A stretch of 64,000 bases of DNA. Origin: Choristocarpus tenellus KU-1152 (taxonomy: Eukaryota > Protista > Phaeophyceae). The notes beneath the pieces are model-generated. The model ran no database searches, was not told where the DNA came from, and was given only the letters and a program-made list of their open reading frames with translations. Position 1 is the stretch's first letter; each line of letters starts with the position of its first letter. The stretch is from NCBI GenBank assembly GCA_964200185.2, contig CAXNAD020000002.1, positions 19,209 to 83,208 on the forward strand, given 5' to 3'. Both the position numbers and the translations under genes were made by a program. Positions 23,621-37,300 of this stretch are shown piece after piece.

Positions 23621-25965
23621 GTTGAAACCCTGCTTTGCTTGTTCAGTGGAAAGAGAATGGTGTGGTGTCAATAATATGCCTCATTGATTATCCTTCCTAC
23701 TCAAGTGCCATCCTTTGCTCTGTTGAATGCAATGTAATACTGTATGTTCCTCTCTCTAATCAGCTTTCAATACCCATATTTATTGTGCAGTTCATGACAT
23801 CTATGTCATCTACTTGTTGGGAAACATATTGGCAAATCTTGGCAAGTTCGGGGGAGCAACATCAACTTTAGTACCTCAACTGAACAGGAATGTCTTCACA
23901 CTCTGACTCTAGCAGTGATTGAATTAGTCATACATTATTGTAGAATGTTACTAGGGAGGTGTGCTCACAGCTCTTGATTGAATGACTATGTAATAAGCAC
24001 GCACCAAAATATACTGTAATATAGTCAATATTTGCTCAACTCTGATCCTAACCAAATATTAAAATTAATCGCATGTGAAGAGTCGCTCACACAAGAGATA
24101 CAAGCCATGCTGATAGCAAGACGAAATGTGTAACCATTACCAAATTAGAGAAACACAGCATAGTCAATACATGTTTCATGCACTCAAGAAGTGAGGACCC
24201 ATATAGTTGCATGGAGTCACATGCTGTTCCTTGTGTACAAGCGTTGTGGTTGTAAGCAACCTGGTTGTCCAGCAAGAGTTGTCTACTTTAGCACTTTTTA
24301 TATGTGCTGTCTTCAGGGCAGTGCAAAGATTCTTACAATTGTATTAAATGAAAAGATGCATTGTGTATGGTAGTAGGTAGTGCATGTTGCAGGCAAAGTA
24401 TATCCAGGGTGTATTCACTGACTCTATGTTCCATCCTACCTTGTACACTGTATATTTTGCCGGAGGGTTTGGCAGTAAGTATGTAAATGTGCTTTTGTTG
24501 TTGTTGGGAATGTTAATTTTTATGACATGTGCTTCTGCCTTCATACCCTTCAGTCTTGATATTACATAGAATTAAAGATCACTTCGTTGGAATGAATTAA
24601 TACTGTTCCAAATGTCAGTTCTAGATGTGGATGTACAAATTTTCAGTGTAGTACCAGTTGTAACTAAATTTTTCAGATTTAAGTCAAAATACTAAGGAAC
24701 CACTTGGGTATGCAAGTAGCTGCAACCAACGGTGTCCACGGATCAGGATTAAGCAACATACGTCTCTCCACCACCCCTAGGTTGACTGACTGCCCATAGG
24801 TGAAACACTCTTCGTATCATTTTCTGAAGTAGTGATTTGCCACCAGAAAAATCATATTTTTGAGTCCCTGCCTTACTGTGTTTGATTTACCATAATCTGT
24901 GGCACAGGTGGAAAAAGTCGAACTAAATATGATGTATATGAAATACATGTACATGTGACACAACCAGCCCTGTCAGTCACACTGGTAGATTGAGTGCTCT
25001 CTTTACAAAGTCATTTGAGATGTTTGGACACATTGGAGGTGTAGATGCGGTTTGAGGCAACAAAAGCACAGAGAGCCATGCAAGAGGTTTATACACCTCT
25101 TCCACATGGTTAAGAAACACCCTACAAATAACTTGCTAAGAGAGCCCTGCCCCCCCAGGCCTATAGGAATGAAATTGTGCATCTGGTCCTTCCTTTTGGT
25201 CTTTGGGGTTCCTTGCTCTAGCAAGCGTGAGTACACCTCTGCATTCTACTGTGATCCAAGAAATTGCATTATCTTGTGAAGTTATGGTCTTGATGAGATG
25301 AATTTGGTATAAATCTTGAGATGGGGGGTATAGTAACACAGGGTCCTTGGGCAAATCATTACCACCTCATACATGAGCCCCAAAAGGGTATCAGTCAACC
25401 TTTTATGAGCCATGGTTAACATCAATTCTGGGCTCATGCAGTGAGCAAGAACAGACTACATACTTACCTTTTCAAGGTCGGAGGGAACTCTAACATTACA
25501 CATTGCTGTTATAATAGAAATGTTGATGAAGTCTCTTTAGTACCATGACAGTGACTCTTTAGTGACATGACAGTGGGACACAAAAGTACACTTCAACTAT
25601 GTGACGGATGCTTTAAGAATAATTTCTATTGAGGAAAAAATGCTGATTTTGTTGAATAGACCAAATGCCGTGTTCCAGATATCAAAAATCAACAAATTGA
25701 CGTTAGTGCCTCTCTGCTCTTCATCACATTTAAAATTGTCAAATGATAAATTTTGATTGCAAACCTTTTTCTTCTTGTACTTGAAGGTTGAGTGGTTCTC
25801 TCTAAAGTGAAATTACAGGGTTTTCTTTGTAGAAGACTCAAAATATAGAGCCAAACATGATTGTTCATTGTTAAAAAGAGAGGCAGGCTTGAAAGTACCA
25901 TTGTAAAGCATTGAGATAACAATATTGGACCATGGCAGATAGCGGTGCAACTATTCACCCTGGTG

Positions 25966-26313
25966 GAATAGGGGTGTTTCAATATTTGACAAAATCAGAG
26001 GCTGGGAACCTACCCGGCATAATGAATGTGCCACCACCCCACTAACCACATACTTGCCCTGAGCAGTTATCTCAATCCTTGCATTCCTAGTGAGCCTGTT
26101 CCCTAGAACCCCTTCATATTCAATATTTATCCTCCCAATGAAAGGAGTTGGGGAAGTAGTCCAACCAGGATTCAATCCCATAAATGTTTGATTGATTTGC
26201 TAAGAATTGTAATATCACTACTCCTTTGCGGTAGATGGTTACCACACATTATCTTAGGCTTAGGGTTGGATCCCCAGCCTCTGATTTTGTAGATAATTGA
26301 GATATCACTGTTC
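25966..26313. mobile_element. MITE-like element with ~45-bp imperfect terminal inverted repeats
   Basis: Left end ...TCAATATTTGACAAAATCAGAGGCTGGGAACC and right end GGATCCCCAGCCTCTGATTTTGTAGATAATTGAGA... are reverse complements. The body is homologous to 43530-43720. Confidence 0.65.
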
Positions 26314-28335
26314 TAGTAGAAAGTCCCACGGCGATCTGTCCTTGCAAAGAGGAAATATCTCAATATCTTACAGGCAGTTTGAAGAAGATTAATTTTATTC
26401 ATACAAACCTAGATAGTTCTTTTTCCAGTTGCCTTTGCCAGTACTTGGTATTCCCTCATTGACCTAACCACCCTAATATGACCTTGTTTTAAGGAAATGA
26501 CTAAATTTTGCTCCCAAATGTATTCCATGACACACTAATCAACCTAACTGTCCACTAACATATTTTCATATTTTTGGCATAAAATAACCAACCAAATCAA
26601 GAACGAACTTTGCTGACATGGTACAGTATGCAGCTGGCAACCCTGCAAGTAGTGAATTTAAATCCCTCTTTTGGCAAAATATGTATGTGGTGTTCATCTC
26701 AAGTTAACAACAGACTAGGAGCTCAAGTGACATTTGATGGATGTACATTGTGTTTTATTTTACTTCAGCAATAACTTGTAAGGCCAGTCAGTATTCTGTG
26801 GACAAGGGGGTGCTACACATAGTTTCACAATAATTGGGGTCTGGCTATATGGGGGTAGGTAGGAAAGATTTTCTACGGCAGCACTCTGTAGTTTCTCCAA
26901 GGCAACAGCACACAGTGTGGCCGGAACAAAAACATGACAATGGAATACAGAGAGTACGCATTTTGATAAGCACTACAATACATCACACATGCACCACAAG
27001 AAAAAAGGGCAGGACTTATGATGGAGGGGTAGCAAGTCTCAGGTTTTCCTTGCTTGCTGCACAAGTTCCAGGCCAATTGAGTATTCCCCACACTGACCAA
27101 GTTGCCGCGACAAATATTTGAGGGTTCTTATCAAGGGAAAAACATACTGTCTGCTTTGAAAATACACAATAAGCTTTAAAGCATGGTGATGTGTTGTGTG
27201 GAATATGAACACTGTAGCATAGTGTAGCTGTACTAAATTGTACCACTACGAGAAGGATACACTGAAATGTACTCTCCACACTGCAGATGTAGCAATGCAG
27301 GAAATTTAAATTTCTTAACCATTTGAACACCTTGGATCACAATACCACCATCCTACCTAAAATCCATACATAGTGTGATACCCAATAAAATTCACAACGG
27401 ATTCTCGGGTGGATATTTGAGGTGAGGGTGTTGTACCTCACATACAGATTTAGACACTGCAGTGCAGTATTCCATGTTTGCTTAAGGGCAACCTGCCATA
27501 CAGTTTGGGGTAGGCCGAGGTGTCCAGCTGGCTGACAGGTTGAATCAAGGTCATAATAAGTACCTTATGTACAAGGTATAGTGCTGTCCACTATACTATA
27601 ATTGATCTGATGCAAATTAAAGAGTGGAGGTGCAAGCCTCACCGTGCACATTACTTTTTTCATATTTTGTCATCTCACATCATATCATGTCGTGTGATAT
27701 CATGTCCGGGGCAACCAGTTGTATGTGCCCCTTTACTCGTAAGGTGGTATCAGCCCAAGGCATACACAAAATGCAATGAGGGATATAACCAAATTTTTGC
27801 ACGGATTTTATTTTTTAATTCTTGGGCATGTTGTGTTAGACTTTCTCAGTGCCTCCAGAGAGCATATGAAGTATTGTGATTGTAAAAGGTAGGTCCCATT
27901 GGAAGAAGCCTGATAACCTTGCTCCAAAATAAAAGGGCAGCTACAGGGGAAGGTAGAATCTCCAACACTATTCTTATGAAATCAACACAAGCACTGTCTC
28001 CACAGCTACATAGTCCTACACACTTTAAGTCATGAGATTTATCTGATAACAACGTTGGTTGGCAATCAGTTTCAATTATAACCAGTGAGAGCTAGGGATT
28101 CATATTCATGATAACTTCTGGACAATTTATGGAGGAATAGGAGCTTGCAAAGTCAAGGGTAAACTTTGTTTTGGGTGTCCAGTACTAAAAGGTAACAGGG
28201 CAGATATCTTGGTAGTTTAAGGTAAAAAATATATGCAAAATTACTACTAAAACACATCAAATACTGACTAGTGTGTTAGACACAAACATTCCTACTCCCC
28301 AAAGTAGGTAGCATGTTGATGCTGCAGAACCTTAC

Positions 28336-31300
28336 CGTGAGAATAGGAATATCATCATCACTTTCCTCTTCCTCCTGTGAATTAGATAACTCCACCTCAT
28401 TACCCAACTCCAGGTGAGCCTCCCTAATTGTCAGAACATGATATGCAGAGTGGCATCCAAAAGACAACATAATTTTGTTATGGAGGAGAGGTCACATATT
28501 TTCAGAGCAAATAAAAGGGATATTCCTAACCTGTTACTAGCTACTTCTCCTACTCTCCTCACCCAGATAATAGCACAATGACGGCCCCTACTCGGAACTC
28601 GCGTGTCTGGATTGTCTCCCCTGTCATATAGATTATATTTCGTTGTGTTATTTGAGATATCCAGACACGATCTGCCTTGTCACTATGATGAGTAAGCATT
28701 GTCTCCGCCACCCGAGTAGCAGCTGTTTTCCAGATCTGTGACATAATGAGTAACATGTGAGGTAGAAGTCCTTTATCCCATCATGTTTGGGTCACCAGCA
28801 TATAGATGCAAGTGTTGTTGTAGCAGCATTTTGAATGTTTAGCAACCATTCTGCAAATGTTATGAGATAGGGCAATAGTGCATCATGTATCCATAGTAGA
28901 CGCCTAAGAAAAGATATCTGTGTTCCAATAGCATATATGAGATCCACCTGCGGCATGCTCTGGAGTGTAATTTGATCTTGCCAGCACGGACTCCTTCTAA
29001 TGTGGGATCTTCTTACCAAGTTTCGATACATCTGTACTCCCACAAGATATCTAATCTCAAACAAAAGTTGGAAGGTTGTTTCCTATTTTTATTCCTGCAT
29101 AGGTTTCAAAGAGAGTAGTGCAATGACAGGTATGTTATGCTTGCACTACATGTAATTTGACAGCTGGGCACAGGCGCCCTGAAATATTATTACTCGTGGC
29201 AATATTGAACAATTTACTACTCTTTATCTCACTGCGATCCAACCTTCTACTGGTGAAAAAAAGAATATCTAGCATACCAGGGAATCCCCTCTTTCTCTAG
29301 AGAGATCCAGGATTTGTCATCAGACAGTCAAATCGTATCTTCTCCCTCACAATTTAAACTAGCTACTGGATGAAACCGTCCAAGGACATCAGACCCCAAG
29401 ATACTTGCACCTAAATATTTGCTTGCCTTTTGATTCAGCTCTGGCCATTCTTCGACAATATTGTTGAGATCATCAGATGATATCTTGAATAGGACACAGG
29501 AGCTAGTGGTCTTGATACTGGCAAGAGGTGGCTGCTTAAGAGCCCATGAAACCTCCCCAAAGAATGAGCCAATTCCCAGCTCAGTAAGGGTGATCTCTGA
29601 ACCATTGTCGTCCTGCATCAGTGGAGAGTTATCAGTATCTCAAGCCTTCATCAAAGGGGTTTGTGTCTGGAAACACTTCCATTCACAAGAGCTATGCGCC
29701 TGAATAACCTTTTGGTGACTTGGGTGTATCGAGGATACAAAATGACTCTCTCTGCTTCCCATCTTCTTCTTCCTCTTGTGGATGACCATTCATACAAAGT
29801 TATTTGCCTTTGGTGGTCAACATGGCAAGTTCTTATTGTTGAGTTAAGAGATAGTCACCCCCAAAGGAAAAAGGTCATATAAGAGAGACAGGGAGGGAGA
29901 GGAAGAGAAATATAGGCATCTGACTTTTGTGGATGTTGCCGAAGCCTGTCTTGCAGTGCAAGACTGGTTCTATTCCTGTTGCTGCTGAATAAAATGCTCT
30001 AAATGCTCAGACTTTCTCCGCAGACGAGGTACCAGGTTCGTACCAGGTTGTCCATTTAGTTTCATTTCACCTCACCTTGCGGATGACCTTAACTGTCCCT
30101 CTTGCCAGTACATACACGCTCGTGTTGGCTTCATTCTGTTGTATCACATAGCAATTGCGTGGCATCAACATGTCTTCAAATAATCCAACGACCCTCTCCA
30201 TTTTATTATCATCTATGTTCTGCATCCATTCCACCTGCACATGGGTGGAGGGAAAAAACCTCACATGAAACATGTCTTGAATTGTCAAAAAATATTTATC
30301 TGGGGCGCATAATTTTTAACCATCCACTTCTTTATGAAAGACGCTGATGCTTCCGTGAAAAAAGGGGTGAGTGAGGTTCTAGATTTTGACATGTCTACAG
30401 AATCATGGATGGAAGTTGAGGCGCAGTGTGGTCAACCTGCTTGAGTAGTGTGATCTTGTCTGGCATGTCCAGGAGGGGAGGGTCAAAAATAAGGTGCTTC
30501 ATTTGTGTTTCCACAGCTGCTAGCATCTTCTCAGCTTCTTGTTTGTCAAGCATACCCTCGTGGTAAAGGTAGCTGATGGTCTTGTGCTGCTTGTTGAGCA
30601 CAGTCTAGGGCAACAAATATAAGCAAAGATTGCAAAGGTGCAGTTCAGCAAAGGATAACAAAGTGAGATGAATCGATTTGGCTTATCATGTACTTTGCAG
30701 CACTATGTACTACTACTTTAACTACAATTAATGATAGTGACAAAAGTGTTGGATACATTGTGTTTAGTAGTAGTTATTCAAATAGTGGGGGAAAATACTG
30801 CATGCATGGACAAATAGACCAGTATACTACTATGCTATTGGGATTAGACAACTTTGGACTGAGAGTAAAATTTCGTTGACAAGTGTACATAGCCAGGTTA
30901 GTATCTTTGCTATTTTTGAATAATTTTGTACTGCGCTACTCCCAAGTACTTCTACCCTCGACAGGCACAAGACATCAACATTAATATTTGTGTTGATCCT
31001 TTTTGTGAGGTGCTTCAAAAGTTGCTAAGAGACAAAGGTGTTCTCCCTATGTCACAAGAGGCGTTCATCCTGCTTGATCACAATAATAATTACAATCAAG
31101 ATGCATCTACCTTTGGGTAGCATAAATCAGTCATTATGTTTACAAGGAGTGTTACTCAAACACTGAAGGGGCTTTCCCCTTAGCAATTTTCAAAACAAAT
31201 TAAGACTTCTTTGATGCAACGTTTTATTTGTTTTGATTGACCCTCCTGCTCCCTCCACCAACCACAAACAAGCCATACCATAATCAAGTCAAACTAGTGA

Positions 31301-34300
31301 GGAGCAATGTAAGATCAGAGTGTACTTACTTCTTAGTACATATTTGACTTGACGTTTTAACTTGGGGTGAACACATGAGGTCCAGTGACAGAAAAATTCC
31401 AGGATTTTTTGGGATGAATCTTACCCAGCAGCATATTCAAAATTCACTTGTACTGCAGAAGCTTCAACAAAGAACTTTTCTCGAGAATTTTCAAGCACAT
31501 GGCATCAAAGTGAATCAGTAGCAAAATAATATCATTACTCAAGCCCACCATGATTACTAGCCACATGATATGTCTCATGGTGGTCATGGTCCCACAAGCA
31601 GTGAGTGCTGGTAGTGTGAACAATGTATATGGATGCACAAGATCTAATTTTTTCAATCCATCTGAGAGGTATCTGGCAACTATATATGGAAAGGTCCAAC
31701 TGAGAAACAATACATTGTCTACATGAGCACATCAAATGCCCCACAAAAGGCATGATCCCTTGTGTGCAATCATTTGATTGTTATATAATCATTATTTTAA
31801 TACAACCACATCTGGGATTCGAGGCATTTATCACTCCATGACCTATCGGAGGTATATCAGTGTCCATAATACAACAAAGGGTTTATTTGCAACAATCAAG
31901 AACCACTCTCTCAACTCGGAACTCTAGATATCAAGATAGCACACAATCTGAATTATCGTATCGGTGACATAAGTCAACTCCTCCACTCTCATAATTATGT
32001 GGTCCTTGATAGGCATGGTTTCCATGACCGAGATTAAATTTACATATCCATTCAATATTCACTCAATTGACCCAAACAATGTACCCCCTTGATCTGAACA
32101 GCTTTTGCAAAACCCTGTGATGTGTTACTACACCATAATATACTGGACTATAATACACTATTTTGTTACATCATTAATATAGTATTCATGATAGGAAAGC
32201 TACTGCACAAGATCAAAGGAACCAACAAACAAAAAACTGCAGTTGCACATCAACATCTATTAAAAAGGTGAACACCTCATGTGACTGTTGACCTTTTTAT
32301 TTACAGGAAATATAAGGTGATCCCTAGTCTGTAGGGATCAAGCCAGTTCTGTTGTGTGTATGCTTCTATGTTGTAGTTGGGATGGTGATCTTGCCATTAA
32401 TTGTGCTGCAAGTTGATCACATGGAATATCATCAAGTTAGGGGAGCCCATGATGGTGTGGATTGTAGGTAATGTATTGGGTCCTCTCAGGCTTGTTCCAA
32501 TCATCGTTCTCACCCCTAACCCTAACCAGTGGGAGGTATAAGAAAGAACTGTTCAGCCCATTCTTTCAGATTCACTTAGATACTTGCATTGAGGAATTTA
32601 AACACACATCACATCAACAACAGAAAGGACTTTGTTCAAGAATAGTGTCAACTCAACTCAGTAGTCACAATGTCACCTTCAACAAACAAACCAATGATGT
32701 GGTCTTCCTCTCTATATTCTTGTCCCCAACACACAAGGCAAAATTAGTTGGTTGCATTTGATCATATCTGGTGTCAGATCACACACTCACCAAATGTTAT
32801 GAAGAGGGGAAAAAAGAGGTGTTTGCTGATCAAATTTCAAGCCAAATGTGGTTCTCATTATTGATACAAGCATTTACTCTAATATATGCATTGGGTTTCT
32901 ATTTTGAGTAAGTAAAATCAGGCTGTTGAACATGCCCAGATGCCGTGTACCTTAAAAAAAAGAAAATTGTCGACAGCCAAATCATCAGATACTTGACTTG
33001 TTTTCTTGTGAACAATTTGGACTCACAGCAACAATCTACTACTCTATTTGGAGTGTGAGCTATCCATGGCTCCATTATCCAATTGTTGCAGGGTACTGAT
33101 ATTTGTTGGAAATGAGACATTGCTGCAAACCAAGTATAGTCTGATATCATCTTCATCAACTGGTAAGGGAGTCTGAGGTTTACCACTAATGCTGCATGCT
33201 AGACCCAACATACTGTTGACAGTTACTTTCAGTCATGATTGTACTATAGTGCTGACTACGCAGCAACCTTGATATTGTAGATGCAGAAAGATTTTAACAA
33301 TTTTGGTGTTGACTGGAAGGATGGTTTTATTTTCTTATCATACTATTGCCTGTATTTATTGAACATAGCAAGATAAAATTTGGTTTTAACATATTAGACA
33401 TGAAACCCCTCCAATGTTGGGGGACACGCAAATGACAGTATTGAAGAACCTACCCCCCTCCCAAGAGTGTTGACTGCTTGCTGTTGGCACTTTTTTGGGG
33501 GGGGGAAAGGAACACAGGACTTCCTTGTATCAATGCTCATGATACTCAATGCTGTACTGATGTCAATTTACTAATGTGAAAAAATCTGGGTTTGGTATTA
33601 TACTACAAAATGTTCAGCTCACTCTGTGATGTGTAAATGCATTCCAATTTTACTTGAGGTGTTGAGGTGTGAGATACATCTGTATGCAAGCGCACAAATA
33701 TTTGGTCAGACTACTCCTCCCCACCCCCCTTGCCAGAGGTCCAAATGGCACTTTGATGACATAAGCACTTCACATCAATTCATATGCCTGCTTGTGTATT
33801 TTGGAGCAAGTGGATTTACACCAAAATTGAATCCAACGCCTCATGATTGTGTCTGAAGGTGAACTTTAACTTGGGGCATATGCTCCCAGACAACACAATA
33901 TTCACAGCAAACCCACCCCTGACATATTAAAAAAATCAAAAGATTGGCGGTGTCATACACTTGTTCCAAGCTATCATTGGAAAGCTCCAACTCACCAACA
34001 CAAGATGATAGAAATCAAAATATACTCTGGTCCGTTTCCTTTGAATTTATTCTGACTGAAGCAATCTATTGTTGCTAGGAATTCATGTGGCTAACAATCA
34101 CTTGGAAGATAAATTTGAGTCCAAATTCATATCAACCTAGCCAAAACACAGGTCCACTTTTTTTTACAACTTTAAATTCCAAAAATTGACACAAAACACA
34201 CACACACACACAAAAAGTGGTTGTAGTCAATTTTAGAGGTTACTGGAGGGTCATTTTTTAGATTCAATGATGGGAAACTAGTCTATCAATTTCACAGTTG

Positions 34301-37300
34301 AATCGAATTTTTGATAGATAAAACTGACCGTAAGATAACATGTCTTTTTTTATTTACAAAGAAATTTATTTTTCTCAAGAAAATGAGGTCACTGTGACTG
34401 ACCCCTCTGAGCCGTTCTGGGTCGCTCAATAGTGATCTGAAGTAGCACCAATTGTCACACGAGGGCTTGATGCACTCTGCATGGTCCAGTGTGTACATCC
34501 TTAGAGCTGTGGTCCATTCATTAGAATATGGTCAACTACTACTGTTCATATATGTCAATTTATCTCTGGAGATAGGTGATGTTATTCAAATTCACCAAAG
34601 TATCGCAAGGGGCTCGGGACAAGCCTTGAGCATGTACCAAGTGGAATAGGCGTGGGGATTCATTGCTTATGCATCCTCCAATTGTCAAATTTAAACATGT
34701 TGGAGTACAATACTTCTGAATAATGTGCATGAACCAGGTTCAGGTTGTAGACCCCTCCATATTTCATCCTCTCAAAGAATTGTATTTCAGGATAAGAGGC
34801 GATTGGTTGTTATACAGTGTCCCCAGTCAATTTTTGATCGGAGTCTCTATAAAAAGGAAGGTGGGGACCAATGTGCATCATTTCCTCTCCTTCAGAAGGA
34901 GATACATGCCATTAAGAAGTGGATCCAAAGAGTCCTTCTCTGTCAGACAGGGTTTTACATATAAACCACAGCCCACATTTTCCGTTTGGAGGGAGGAGCA
35001 TAAAAAAACAAGGTGCAGCAGTCATAACCAAGACTGTCCATCTACATCAATCACTGTCCCCACTCAAAATTATTCTGAACATATTCATTGTGTTTTGACC
35101 ACTCGCACTAACTTGCTGTTGCAAAGGATAATTTTTTTTTTGACAATATGCATTTGGTTTTGACTTCAGAATACCATATATCTTCAGGAACTGACTTGTC
35201 TTCTCTCCAATCCAGTCCAGTCCCATCTGCTTTGCATGTCAGATATGTTCCTGATCCTTCAAGTTGCCATGTATAATAAATATGGGCATGTATAACCCTG
35301 ATTAATGGTTCATCTCTGCCTCTGGCTGATTTATTTTCCCTACACATAACCTTGCACTCCACAATATAATGGAAAGCAAACCAAAAGGTCAAGATTCCTC
35401 TCCTCGTACTTTCGCTCTAACAAGGAATTGCTTGCCAATGAGAATAAGGTATTCAAAGCATCATCACATATTAAATCTGAGATCTTAACCAGCTAATCGA
35501 ATATGAAATTTGAGGACTTCTCTCTTTTCCTGTATTCCATCTATACCAAATTGCATTGCATCAGTGATTTTTTGCAGTTGATTCAAGCTCAAGAGCAGTA
35601 TTATGGTAGCACAGACTCAGTCAAGATAACAGTGTGTTATGATCGACCAAAAGAGAGGAATAATGCTGTCAATCAGTGCAGCTACATGACTAGTCATGAC
35701 TGACATTCCTACTATACGTAATTCGATAAAATGAGGTCTGAGGGAGGAGTCAAGGAGCAGCAATGAGCAACCACAAAGGAGAATTCTAACTTATTTATTG
35801 TTGTTCCTCATCTAAGAGAGGATGACCCAGCTTTGAGATCAGCCATGAAATTTAGTCAACATTGCCTCTACTTTGAGATTAACCATGAAATTTAGTCAAC
35901 ATTGCCTCTACTTTGAAGGAACTATGAAATATTATTCCAAGCATTTGTTTAACTACATAAACAAGGGAAGACGTCCAGTAGTACATCATGCTAGCCTTCT
36001 AGCTTGAATTAGTTGATGCATGACAAAAGGGGACAAGGGCCCACCCATACATAGTATTATTACAACATTGTGGGTTTAATTGTGATCACCAGGGGCTTGA
36101 TGAAGTTGTAACACAGAAGATGCTCGAAAAACCAATTTTCACAGTCTCAGGGGTGCACAAAGCAGCATCAACTACCTATTCAACTAGTGTGGGATCATAG
36201 ATGTTTTTCAAGCAGTAACAAACACCAGAAGGAACAAAGCCAATGATCACCAATCAGACTGCAACACAAAAAGGCATTGGTTACAGCAAGCAATCTCAAG
36301 ATCTCTTTGTACACTATATGATCTATTTTCTGTTGTACCTTAGTGGTTCAATTAGTAGCACACTTGGTGGTGTGTGATCAACCCTTGAAAGGAATGCTGA
36401 GCACTCATGGTGGTGTTGCCATGTTTCGCTTGTGTTGTGGGTAATCAAATCGCGAGGTCCTCTAGACCCCCGCACTCCCAAAACACCTCAAAAGTACTGC
36501 ATCTGTACACTTGTTCTGAGCACTTACCTGTGCAGCCACAAATGTTGTCATGGAAGAAGCTATTTCCGGATACCTTTTTTGTATGGTCATCAAAATGTGT
36601 CTCACAACCTCAATATCCCTCTCAATCTGTGCTTACGAGACATCAACACGACAGGAAGAAATACCGATGTATGCAACAAGACATTGGGGGATAAGAAGTG
36701 TCAACTCATCTTTGATTTTGGAATTTCAAACTTTATAACAGAGTTATACAATATAGCCTTTGAAACCAAAACAAATGTAGAAATGTGGACCATGTCCAAC
36801 ATGGAAATGGGTACATCATATGTAAAGGGATCACAAACTAGACACCAACACAGAAACGTTCAATATAGGAAGGAGAGTTTAGAGGGGTTGGATACGAAGG
36901 TTCAAGTTGACAGATCACTGTTTCGGTTTTGAATCAGATAAGGATGTCAAACAGAGAAGGATGTCAAACAATCATGTTTTGGACACTGCTTCTCTTAGCC
37001 CAAAATAGCTGGGGATGCATCTATACCTGGTCAATTATGCTTTGGAACCGAGGGTTTTCTGTGAGGAACTCATGGAGTACTGCAAGTGATTCCTCCCGGG
37101 CTGTTAGGAACCCTGCAGCAATGTCATAACCCAGTCGAAGCTGGGGATACACTAGTCGGCGCTTGATCCTGAAAATTGACAAAGGAGTCCAATGGTTTGG
37201 TACTATGCAATAAGAGTTTGTGATAAAGTGTCTGTCAGCAATAGGTGGGTTGTACTGCAGGTATATGACATACCAATACAACATACACACAGACAAAGGC

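Noticed and set aside
24700-28335. Candidate terminal exons of the exchanger (e.g. about 25468-25505, MCNVRVPSDLEK)
   Set aside because: Splice signals are plausible, but I could not chain the phases to a stop codon, so they are left out of the gene model.
34700-34950. Several in-frame TGA codons suggesting a UGA=Trp (mitovirus or mitochondrial) reading
   Set aside because: No RdRp or organellar motif; TGA excess is expected from CpG decay.
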